Below are positions 1 through 8,293 of a stretch of 33,438 nt of DNA, piece by piece. Both the position numbers and the translations under genes were made by a program. The stretch is from the IMG/VR virus record IMGVR_UViG_3300027771_000050, positions 1-33,438 of that record; one strand, given 5' to 3'. Each line of letters starts with the position of its first letter. The stretch's first letter is position 1. Below the pieces are notes generated by a model. That model was not told the origin of the DNA, made no database searches, and was given only the letters and a program-made list of their open reading frames with translations. Source of the DNA: a virus (lineage: Duplodnaviria > Caudoviricetes).

Positions 1-134
1 GGTGATGGAGCAGTTGTGGTCCACGTAGTTATCCATCATCAACTTGTAGCGATCTAGCTGACTTAGGGCAGTCTCGATGTTCACGTGCTTACCATCCACT
101 ACATCGAACTTGACGTCTTCATATGCAACAGGGA
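1..134. repeat. Terminal direct repeat copy 1 (assembly circularisation overlap)
   Basis: 1-134 matches 33305-33438 except A127 vs G33431. The repeat lies inside the RNR reading frame. Confidence 0.95.
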
Positions 135-1731
135 AGGTCACCAGCACGCTCTCAACTTCGAATGGCTTTTCGATAACTTTGTAACCAGCTGACTTGAGCG
201 TTGGGATGATTTCGTCATGCTTAGAGAAGGTCACGTTGTTGAAGATGTATTTCCCTAGTGGCTTGTGCACTCCTTCGGTTGTGTCCATGATCTTGCTCAG
301 GGTTCCCGATGGCTTCACTGTGGTCACCAGCTTAGCGCGCGGCAAGCCCAGCTCGTCGGCCATAGAGTTCGCACCGTTCTTAGCTGAAGCACGAAGCGCC
401 TGAAGCATAGTCACGACGTTGTTCATGCCTGTGTGGTGGTCAAGGAACTTAACGATGCCAGTAGCACCAACACCACAAAGACGGAGGAATTCATTGAGCT
501 CATGCCAGGACCGCTGCAGAACACCATCATCAAGGTTTACGCAAGTCTGACGGTAGTTAGCACGCGCAACGATCTCGATGGCCTCTTGCAGTCCACCAAA
601 GTCTTGGAGATACTTACCCCAGTCAACCTCGACCAGGTTGCAGAAGCTCTTGTTTCCTAGCAGGATCTCCGCGCACGGATTGACACCCTTAAAGTGAGGT
701 GCACGCTTCTTAGCACTCTCGGCATTGATGAACCCAGGTTCTGAGCCACCAGCCTCGACCATCTTGTCGAAGATGTAGCTGAGCTCCCACTTTGTTGGCT
801 TCTTCTCGAATACCACAGAGTTATTGGACTGTTGACGATGCTCGTTACCATGAAGCCAAAAGTCTTTCTTGGCTGAGATGAAGTCGTCAATCTCTGCGTC
901 ATTGACAGGGACCAGAGCAATCTCTGCTGAACGACGTGAAGACAAAGTTGTTCCCATCCAGTTGAGCACGTCCAGGATGTCCATGCGTGTCAGGAGCTCA
1001 CCCGCCCGCTTGCTAAGTATGGCACAGATGGCAGCCATAGCAATGTGCACTGTGTTGTCGCCTGAGCTAATCCAACCGTAACCCTTTAGACGTTCACCCG
1101 CTGCACGGATTTCTGTGTAGTCAATGGTGATGTTGTCCACTGCTTCCTTCATAGCAAACAGCTTGCCTAAGGCCTTAGCCCAAGCGTCAGCACTGTCACC
1201 AATCTTGAGGTGCCATTCTTTGCCACCGTCTGCGTTAGTAGTGAACCAAGCTTGGTTGTTGGGGCAACCTTTAGGATCGCCTGTCTTCTTCGTTGAACGG
1301 ATCGTGGTGACTTTGGTAGCCCGCACGAACCCATTGAGTGTACCAACCACTGGTTCAAAGCCTACGCCACAACCCTGCAGCAGTAGGTGCATAGCATCCA
1401 CTACATCATGCACAGTTTCAACTTGACCAAACGAGCAGTTGAATTGGGAGGCCTCGCGTCGCTTAGCCACATCTGTGCCACCCAACCACAGGGTGCGACC
1501 AGACACGGTGGCCTTGCGTTCCATCATCAGAATGCGAAGCTTCTCAAGCTCAACGATCTCTGACATATCCAGGGTGTTGCCTTTAGCACGTTCCCACAGC
1601 CACTGCTGATGCCCGATAACGCGGTTGACAGTTTCGGCCCAGGTCTCAAATGTGCCGTCGTCTTTTGGCCGGTTGTAAGTGCGTCGTGTTACCACGTTTG
1701 CACGGGTAGAGAATTCTTGATAGTTGTCCAC
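1..1731 (-). CDS. nrdJ: Class II (B12-dependent, RTPR-type) ribonucleotide reductase, 5' part; continues at 33304..33035 (about 666 aa in total)
   Basis: Missing from the ORF track because it runs off the window edge. GTG start at 1731 after an AAAGGA SD. Translates MDNYQEFSTRANVVTRRTYNRPKDDGTFETW, with active-site GVNPCAEIL near 660-690. In frame with the C-terminal piece ending CTTGACPIR. Confidence 0.92.
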   Translation of the reverse strand, partial: MDNYQEFSTRANVVTRRTYNRPKDDGTFETWAETVNRVIGHQQWLWERAKGNTLDMSEIVELEKLRILMMERKATVSGRTLWLGGTDVAKRREASQFNCSFGQVETVHDVVDAMHLLLQGCGVGFEPVVGTLNGFVRATKVTTIRSTKKTGDPKGCPNNQAWFTTNADGGKEWHLKIGDSADAWAKALGKLFAMKEAVDNITIDYTEIRAAGERLKGYGWISSGDNTVHIAMAAICAILSKRAGELLTRMDILDVLNWMGTTLSSRRSAEIALVPVNDAEIDDFISAKKDFWLHGNEHRQQSNNSVVFEKKPTKWELSYIFDKMVEAGGSEPGFINAESAKKRAPHFKGVNPCAEILLGNKSFCNLVEVDWGKYLQDFGGLQEAIEIVARANYRQTCVNLDDGVLQRSWHELNEFLRLCGVGATGIVKFLDHHTGMNNVVTMLQALRASAKNGANSMADELGLPRAKLVTTVKPSGTLSKIMDTTEGVHKPLGKYIFNNVTFSKHDEIIPTLKSAGYKVIEKPFEVESVLVTFPVAYEDVKFDVVDGKHVNIETALSQLDRYKLMMDNYVDHNCSIT

Positions 1732-1760
1732 AGTATTTCCTTTGTGTTTGTTGTGAGACT

Positions 1761-1789
1761 GTCATAGTCTGGTTGTTCTGGGATTGAAA
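1761..1789 (-). promoter_or_regulatory. Putative host sigma70-type promoter for nrdJ
   Basis: TTTCAA-N17-TATGAC just after a terminator, preceded by TTAGGGG. Same layout as the element at 32955-32983. Confidence 0.35.
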
Positions 1790-1800
1790 CCCCTAATTGG

Positions 1801-1830
1801 ACAAAAGGCCCCACTATTTCTAGCAGGGCC
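1801..1830 (-). terminator. Intrinsic terminator ending the structural operon
   Basis: GGCCCTGCTA-GAAA-TAGTGGGGCC stem-loop followed by TTTTGT, directly after the tail fibre stop. Confidence 0.8.
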
Positions 1831-1836
1831 AATTTG

Positions 1837-3528
1837 TTATACTTCGAGTGCAGCTAATCGTGTTTCAATAGAAGCTAAGCGCTGCTCTGTTGCAGCACCT
1901 ACGAAGGCCAGCAACTGAGGATAGCGGATACCCTTACGTGTGCGTTCAGTAGCTCCTTCTGGGGCTTCTGCTAGCGTGTGGTAAGTATCAGTGCGTGTGT
2001 AGGCTTCCTTAGCCTCTACAGCCTCAGTTACAAGCCGTTGCTCTGTGCGTTCAGCTTCAAGCTCATTGCCATCAGCATCAAGCACTGCGGGGATAACTAC
2101 GTCCTCATAGGCAGCTTCTACAGCCTCAACCGCTGGGACTTCTGTGTGTGTTTCCCACCAAGTATTGCTGATGAAGAACGCATAGTCACCAGCGTCCAGC
2201 CCTGCGTCAGTCAGTGCTTGCTCTACTTCTTGAGCAATTACACCTGAGTGAGTACGGGCTTCTGCACCCTTTTCAGCTACGCTGTCGTTCCACTTGAACG
2301 TCTTGAAGCCAGCACTGATAGCCTTAGCTGCTGTGATCTCTGCTGTTGTGAGTGCAGCGATCTGTTGCTTCTCATTGCGGTCAGATGTTTGGATAGTGCC
2401 GTTGGTGGCGTATACATCGTCCCAACGATTGGAGTTTGATCCCAGATCATTAGCGTTATCGGTGGTAGCCCAGAAAGTAGTAAGATTCCAACCGTACTTT
2501 TCCGTACCATTACAAGCAAGACGTCCTGAGTTGGCTGTGCTATTTATAAAAATATTGCTAGAACCTGATCTGGACCCAATACTCCCCACAATTACGGTGT
2601 TCTTCATAATAGTGACGATAGCACCGTCACTCGTCAATCTATTGACAACAAGGGGTGAGCCAGCATCTCTTGTGCCGTATATGCTACCGTTAGGTTTCGC
2701 TTGTACACCAACAGTCCCAGTAGCTGTATCAGTTTTACCCACAAGCAAATTTCCTCCCCCGTCAATCCGTATATACTCCGCAGCGTTTTCACCGAAGGTT
2801 ATCAAGTCGGACGCTTTGTTGCCGAACTGCATGTATCCCATGAAGCTAGTGTCAACCTTGCGCTGAATACGGTGAGCAGCAGTCGTCCAAGCTGTGCCTG
2901 TTGTGAGGCGCTCAGAAGTGAACTGGAGTAAGTCGCTGTTACTGACGTCAGCTTGTAGCGTCAGAAGATTTACGTCGTTCCCAGCGGTTCCCCCAAGGAC
3001 GGTATCGGTACTGCCCACATGAAGTAGGGCGTGCGGGGTGCTGTTGCCGATGCCAAAGTTACCAGCCGCGGAAAACCGAGCGTACTCTGTGTTCACTCCA
3101 CCGCCTTCGCCCCTGAATATGAGCTGCCCGTTAGTAGCTCCATTGCGACTGCCGAGGATGGTGTTACCGCCTGCGTTGGCTAGCTGAGTGTACTCATCAG
3201 CAATATCGTTATCAACCAGGAGGATTCTTGGAGTAGGACCAGTCAGGTATAGGTCATCTCCAATAGTAACATCGCCTGTGAAGGTTCCGTCAACAAACGT
3301 AGGGCTGGACGTAGAGCCACCAATTTCTTCCCAAGCTGCGTTGTTGTACATCTTTAGGATGCCAGGTGTTGTTGTTGTGTCCAACCAGAGCTTACCGTTA
3401 GCCACTTCGTTAGTGGGTGCGGTAGCGCCTGAGTGGCATGTGTCGATGGCCTCTAGGGCACCGTTCGCGTTTGTGGTGTAGACCGTACCGTTTACACTGG
3501 CCGTTAAGACCCTTGTTGTAGTAGCCAT
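1837..3528 (-). CDS. Tail fibre / receptor-binding protein with C-terminal peptidase S74-type intramolecular chaperone
   Basis: TIQTSDRNEKQQI...FKWNDSV...HSGVIAQEV chaperone signature, GNFGIG-type fibre repeats, C-terminal coiled coil. Last gene of the tail module. Confidence 0.85.
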   Translation of the reverse strand: MATTTRVLTASVNGTVYTTNANGALEAIDTCHSGATAPTNEVANGKLWLDTTTTPGILKMYNNAAWEEIGGSTSSPTFVDGTFTGDVTIGDDLYLTGPTPRILLVDNDIADEYTQLANAGGNTILGSRNGATNGQLIFRGEGGGVNTEYARFSAAGNFGIGNSTPHALLHVGSTDTVLGGTAGNDVNLLTLQADVSNSDLLQFTSERLTTGTAWTTAAHRIQRKVDTSFMGYMQFGNKASDLITFGENAAEYIRIDGGGNLLVGKTDTATGTVGVQAKPNGSIYGTRDAGSPLVVNRLTSDGAIVTIMKNTVIVGSIGSRSGSSNIFINSTANSGRLACNGTEKYGWNLTTFWATTDNANDLGSNSNRWDDVYATNGTIQTSDRNEKQQIAALTTAEITAAKAISAGFKTFKWNDSVAEKGAEARTHSGVIAQEVEQALTDAGLDAGDYAFFISNTWWETHTEVPAVEAVEAAYEDVVIPAVLDADGNELEAERTEQRLVTEAVEAKEAYTRTDTYHTLAEAPEGATERTRKGIRYPQLLAFVGAATEQRLASIETRLAALEV

Positions 3529-3556
3529 GAAGGCCTCCTTTATATTGAATGAGTGT

Positions 3557-3580
3557 GCAAGCCCCCGTTAGGGAGCCTGC
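3557..3580 (-). other. Intergenic GC-rich hairpin without U-tract
   Basis: GCAGGCTCCC-TAAC-GGGGGCTTGC between the tail tip and tail fibre genes. Confidence 0.5.
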
Positions 3581-3585
3581 TAAGT

Positions 3586-6500
3586 TTATTGGCCGATAGC
3601 TTGCCAAGAGATGTTTCGAACTACCCTAGCGCCTGCGTTGTAGACTGAGTAGACGAACGTGCTCTTAGTAATAGACACGATGTCTATGCTGTCACCAGCA
3701 GAACCGCCGATGGTACTGAAGCCAACGTGAGGCAGGTCAGTGCCACCAATGCCACCATAGAACGCAGTGGCGAAGGTCACAGTAGTATCAGCGCTAGAAC
3801 TTGAGGTTGAAGTGCTACGCTTGTAGACATCAGCTTTGTCTGCTGTAAGTGATAGCTCTGAGATTTCGATGGTGTAAGTAGTGGATGCTACCACACCCGT
3901 TAGCCTGAATTGGAAGGCCCTAGCTCTGTAGTTGCCAATCGTGAAGGTTTCCCAATCAGACCACGTAGGTGTCCCAGCAGGATCATCATTGGTAGTCCTG
4001 ACCTCAAAGCTAACTGAGGCATCAACGATGGGACCAGCAAAGCGGGTGACAGCAGACACAGGGTCATAGTCAGCCACAACAGTTACACCATCAGTGATGA
4101 CAGCAGTTAAGTTAGGAACAAGCCGGATGTTCTCAACAGAACCTAGGTCGATGCTGTTGTTGAACAGGTAGGTCATAGAGGTGACAAGTGCGTCTAGCTC
4201 TAGGTTGCTACCAACGACAGTGCAGTTGGTCTTAGTCCCAGCGAAGGTAGGGTCTTCTGTTATCGTAGTGATAGCATTGAAGTCTGGGCCAACGAAGGAG
4301 TTGAGCAGCTGCGCAGGTTCAGCACAAGCATTGCCTGAGCTATCATTGTGCTTGAGCAAGTAATACCCAGCAGCAATAGGTAGCGTAGCTGTTGTTGTAG
4401 AGCCACTGATGTTGTTCACGATAGTCTGAGCGATTTCCCACTTAGGCGTAACAACATCGTTCCTCACGTACCTGATTTCAGTAGTGCCACCAGAGACAAC
4501 ATCAAGGTCACTAGGGGTGTTCCATGACAACAGGATGCCTGTGTCAGTAACCTTGCTAGTGAAGCCTGTAGGGTCTGCTGGGATAGCGCTGAGGCCCAAG
4601 ATGAGCTTAGTGCCAACCAGAGGCGTGCCCTCATCATCAAACCAACTGATAGGTGTGATCTTGAAGTGGTAGTTGCCAGCCCTGATGTCATTGAAGACGT
4701 AGGTCTGTCCAACTGTGTACCCTAGCAGCTCGTAGGTGCTGCCATCTTCGTCACGGTAATACTCGACCCTGTAGTCTTTAGGTTCAACACCACCAACAGG
4801 CTCAGAGAAGCTGAGAGTAGCCCTAGCTTTGACACCAGAGGCCTTGTTGGTCTGATAGAGTACCTCAGCAGCACTGAAGGATGTAGGAGCAGGGGGTGTC
4901 TTCACCACAGTGTTGGTCACAGATACACCAGTGGACAAGCGCCCTAGTGGCGTCTGTGCCTTTACAGTGAACGCAACGCTCTCCCCATCGGCCCAATCGG
5001 AACGAGGGTAGATGAAGAAGTTGTCACTGCTAGTCTCACCAAGGATCGCTAGATCTCCAGCACCATCTGTGTAGTAGACCACAGACTTGAAGGAGCCATC
5101 AATAGGAGCAGTCCAAGTGAGTTCTGCTAGTGCTGTGTGGTCTCCAGAAGGTCTCCCTGCTGTGTAGACCAAAGAGGTCACAGGCTCTGTAACGAAATCA
5201 AAGACAGGACGTGTGGCATAGGCGATGTCATCGTTCACGTTCCATGCCAGCATCTCATGACTGAAGCTATAGGCACTGATCTTCACAGACATATCTGCTC
5301 GGATCTCCATAGCGTTCACCTTAAAGATCTCATCAGTCAGCCCAGAGGTAGAGAGGGTCAGCTTGATAAGATCCCCGATCTCCACAGAGAGAGCTTGCTT
5401 GTCAGCAGTGAACTCAATCGTAAACAGTTGCCGTGACTTCCTGACCTCTTGTTCAGCTCTTGCGAGCGCATGGTAAGGGTCAGTGATGCCTGCGACTTGA
5501 AGGTTCTTCCTAAGTGGCTGTTGGTTGTCTTCAGTGAGGTAGGTGGTGTAGGTCGCAGAGCCAAAGACGGGCCAAGTCATGCTATCCTCTTTGAAGTCCT
5601 CATGCTCGTTCATGAAGTTCACTGTGGCTTGGTTGCTACGCTGTGAAGCTGATAGCCACGACAGAGAGACCTCATCACGTAGGATGTTGTCATCAGTGAA
5701 GACGTGAGTGCTGGGGATCAAAGTGTTGGTCTCAGCTAGTGATGTTGGGTAGTCCAATGTGAGCTTGTATCTGCCCTCTGGGGACCACATCATCTCAGAG
5801 AAGCCCATAGTCTCTAGGATGCGCTCAATGTTCTCACGGATGCTAGCTTCAGTGTCCAGAGTGATGTTGCACTCGTAGAGCGGGATGTTCCGCGTACCAG
5901 CACCACCGTTGACTAGGCCACCGATAGCACGACCTGAAGTCACCACAGTGTCACAGACAGCAGCAGCGTTGTAGAAGCTCTCTAGGTCCAGCTTAGCCAC
6001 GGGCAGACCACGACCGAACTCAGCGTTCGTTAGGTAGTCAATCAGGACCAACACAGGGTTGTTGCTGTAGACGTAGGTAGACGCTAGGCTATAGACACCC
6101 GTGTTCAATTCTACTGCACGAACCTTACGGCCTTTCATTAGGAACTGTACGCTTGGCTCACCGTTGTAGTTGTAGTCATCACGGTTGAGCCTGTAGGTAG
6201 CTGTAGAACTAGCAGCCCCTGTGAACAGGTTAGTCGATGGGAAGCCCATAGCTGTGTGGCTTGAGGGAGAGGATGCGATTGTGTCGTTGTAGATACGGAT
6301 GCGGTGCTTGAAGCCAGCCTCAGCGTCGTCATAGGCTAGGCCGTTGACCAACATGCTTTGGACACCTTCGATACCACCCTGACATAGGGCGTACTGAACG
6401 TGCAAGAACTCGCTCTTAGTGCCAGTGACTGCTGTTGTTGGTAGGCCCTCAGCGAACAGTGTGTCCTCTGTGGATGATGTCTCCTCAAAGCCTGTAGTCA

Positions 6501-6705
6501 CCTTACGTGATGTAGCTACACCACCTATGATTTGTTTGCCGTAGACGACAGGCAGAGGTGCGCTCTCACCAGAGACTGTGAACTCAAAGCCCTTACGAGC
6601 GTCCATAGCCTTCTTCATCTTCTTCTGTTGAGCCGCATGATGGGCTACGGAGACCACTGTCACTATGACATTGATGATAGCTTTGACTAATGCTGTTAAG
6701 GGCAT
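3586..6705 (-). CDS. Tail tip / central tail fibre (lambda J-like host-specificity protein)
   Basis: About 1039 aa. PLPVVYG, NNPVLVLIDYL and EIGDLIKL motifs plus FnIII-like repeats. Start set at the ATG overlapping the upstream stop. Confidence 0.85.
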   Translation of the reverse strand: MPLTALVKAIINVIVTVVSVAHHAAQQKKMKKAMDARKGFEFTVSGESAPLPVVYGKQIIGGVATSRKVTTGFEETSSTEDTLFAEGLPTTAVTGTKSEFLHVQYALCQGGIEGVQSMLVNGLAYDDAEAGFKHRIRIYNDTIASSPSSHTAMGFPSTNLFTGAASSTATYRLNRDDYNYNGEPSVQFLMKGRKVRAVELNTGVYSLASTYVYSNNPVLVLIDYLTNAEFGRGLPVAKLDLESFYNAAAVCDTVVTSGRAIGGLVNGGAGTRNIPLYECNITLDTEASIRENIERILETMGFSEMMWSPEGRYKLTLDYPTSLAETNTLIPSTHVFTDDNILRDEVSLSWLSASQRSNQATVNFMNEHEDFKEDSMTWPVFGSATYTTYLTEDNQQPLRKNLQVAGITDPYHALARAEQEVRKSRQLFTIEFTADKQALSVEIGDLIKLTLSTSGLTDEIFKVNAMEIRADMSVKISAYSFSHEMLAWNVNDDIAYATRPVFDFVTEPVTSLVYTAGRPSGDHTALAELTWTAPIDGSFKSVVYYTDGAGDLAILGETSSDNFFIYPRSDWADGESVAFTVKAQTPLGRLSTGVSVTNTVVKTPPAPTSFSAAEVLYQTNKASGVKARATLSFSEPVGGVEPKDYRVEYYRDEDGSTYELLGYTVGQTYVFNDIRAGNYHFKITPISWFDDEGTPLVGTKLILGLSAIPADPTGFTSKVTDTGILLSWNTPSDLDVVSGGTTEIRYVRNDVVTPKWEIAQTIVNNISGSTTTATLPIAAGYYLLKHNDSSGNACAEPAQLLNSFVGPDFNAITTITEDPTFAGTKTNCTVVGSNLELDALVTSMTYLFNNSIDLGSVENIRLVPNLTAVITDGVTVVADYDPVSAVTRFAGPIVDASVSFEVRTTNDDPAGTPTWSDWETFTIGNYRARAFQFRLTGVVASTTYTIEISELSLTADKADVYKRSTSTSSSSADTTVTFATAFYGGIGGTDLPHVGFSTIGGSAGDSIDIVSITKSTFVYSVYNAGARVVRNISWQAIGQ

Positions 6706-7268
6706 TAGACTTTCCCCCACTTGATTGAGACTTCGTGATCTGCATAGATGTCATCGAACGAAGTGTCTGTTGCGCTGCGTTGGTCCATGCCATCCTTGGA
6801 TGTGTAGAACACGTTTACGAAGTCTAGGTCAGCCATTGGGCTAGTGCCCTCAATGATAGCCAAGCGTTGCTCTAGGTCGTTAGAGATGCTAGGGCTGTCT
6901 GCTGTGCCATTGTAGATGTCCAGAACGTCAGCAGTATCCAAGTGAGGAGTGCCATCAGGTGACATGAAGCCCAGCTTAACTGAGATGTCGTGTCCAACCA
7001 CGTTAGCCTTGAACTCAGCTAGCATCTGGTTGATGTTGTCAGCAATGACCACACGGTAGGCTTCACGATCGACCACTGAGGAGAACCGAGGGCTAGAGAC
7101 TTCAAACAAGCCGCCGTCTGAGGTGTACGTGTCGCCATCGTAGACCACATCGTAGGGGAGACTTGTGAGGTTATAGGTTGAGTTGAACGACAGCTTGATC
7201 AGCATGAAGAATTCAGCACTGCCACTATCAATAGCAGCCTGAACGTTTGTTGAGAATGCTCTAGCCAT
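6705..7268 (-). CDS. Baseplate hub / minor tail protein
   Basis: Lies between the distal tail and tail tip genes and ends in IKWGK, as siphovirus hub proteins often do. Confidence 0.65.
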   Translation of the reverse strand: MARAFSTNVQAAIDSGSAEFFMLIKLSFNSTYNLTSLPYDVVYDGDTYTSDGGLFEVSSPRFSSVVDREAYRVVIADNINQMLAEFKANVVGHDISVKLGFMSPDGTPHLDTADVLDIYNGTADSPSISNDLEQRLAIIEGTSPMADLDFVNVFYTSKDGMDQRSATDTSFDDIYADHEVSIKWGKV

Positions 7269-7849
7269 TACAGTGCCTCGATCAGATTGATGGACCCTGC
7301 GTTGGACAGCAGGCCATCTGTGAAGGTGATGCCCATAGCGTTGTCGATGCTGCGGTAGTACGTCAGCACAGCACTAGAGCCTGTCTTGAGGGTGTCTGTC
7401 CCCGTAACAGCCACACGCAGTGTTGGATAGATAGACACAGGAGAGACCCCAGCAGAGTGGTCAGCTGTCACCATGTAGATCTTGTCGTGGTTGCTGAACT
7501 TAACGAATGTGCCCTTGCTCATAAAGCCGTTATTGTGGAGATTAACGGAGCTTGCCCCAGCGGAGGCGGATGATATTGCCCTAGAAACCCCAATAGTGTT
7601 GGCCGCGTCTACAGAAGGTAACTGTGGCATGGTCATTGTGTCTGCTACTGTGATGCCAGAGATAGCACCTAGGATAGCATCTGCCTCTGTAGCTGCTGAA
7701 GTAGCAGTGGCGAAGGACAGTTCCCAGCGCTGGGCACCTTGTGATGCTCGTTGGGTCTTGAGTGACACTGTGGTCATCTCGAATACAGGCTCGTTTGATG
7801 TAATCTTCAGTGGTGCTAAGATAGTAGCCCCGTTATAATAGTAAGCCAT
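7268..7849 (-). CDS. Distal tail protein
   Basis: Start MAYYYNG after an AAGGAG SD. QRWEL and FSNHDKIYMV motifs; located downstream of the tape measure gene. Confidence 0.65.
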   Translation of the reverse strand: MAYYYNGATILAPLKITSNEPVFEMTTVSLKTQRASQGAQRWELSFATATSAATEADAILGAISGITVADTMTMPQLPSVDAANTIGVSRAISSASAGASSVNLHNNGFMSKGTFVKFSNHDKIYMVTADHSAGVSPVSIYPTLRVAVTGTDTLKTGSSAVLTYYRSIDNAMGITFTDGLLSNAGSINLIEAL

Positions 7850-7851
7850 TG

Positions 7852-8292
7852 TCAGCTCCTTTGTGCTCTTGTGATTAGTGGGATGTGGCGCTCTAAGAAC
7901 GACCATTGGTGTAAGTGTCTCACGCCCTTGGAACCTGTAGCGGTCAACCAACGTGTCTTGCCAACGATCAGTGCAGAGATGCAACCGTTGTCCAGTGTTG
8001 TGTAGGCCACGTCCCCAATCTTAGGGCGCTTGTTCCTGACCTCTGTGTAGTTGTAGTGGGCAGATAGCTCACTGAAGTCCTTGAACCCAGCGGACAACAC
8101 AGCCTCTTGGAACTCTTGAGGGCTGGTGTACTGTAAGTCTAGGATAGCTCGTTCGCCCCTTAGCTCTGTGTCGTACTCTACAACCAACGCCCAGCAACAG
8201 TTGTAACCATATAGGGTCTCACCATTGCGGGAATTGATTGTAGTTGTAGCACGTGTCAGGGCCTCTAGGATTTGGTCCTGAGTGTAGTCCAT
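7852..8292 (-). CDS. NlpC/P60-like tail assembly protein
   Basis: YGYNCCWALV and PKIGDVAY motifs, directly after the tape measure gene. The catalytic His is not obvious. Confidence 0.5.
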   Translation of the reverse strand: MDYTQDQILEALTRATTTINSRNGETLYGYNCCWALVVEYDTELRGERAILDLQYTSPQEFQEAVLSAGFKDFSELSAHYNYTEVRNKRPKIGDVAYTTLDNGCISALIVGKTRWLTATGSKGVRHLHQWSFLERHIPLITRAQRS

Positions 8293-8293
8293 G

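Noticed and set aside
1-134. 134-bp terminal repeat as a T7-like physical DTR
   Set aside because: It falls mid-gene in nrdJ and the terminase is HK97/cos type. It is best read as assembly overlap; the one mismatch is synonymous (GTT/GTC Val).
1837-3528. Diversity-generating retroelement targeting the tail fibre
   Set aside because: No reverse transcriptase and no template/variable repeat pair were seen.
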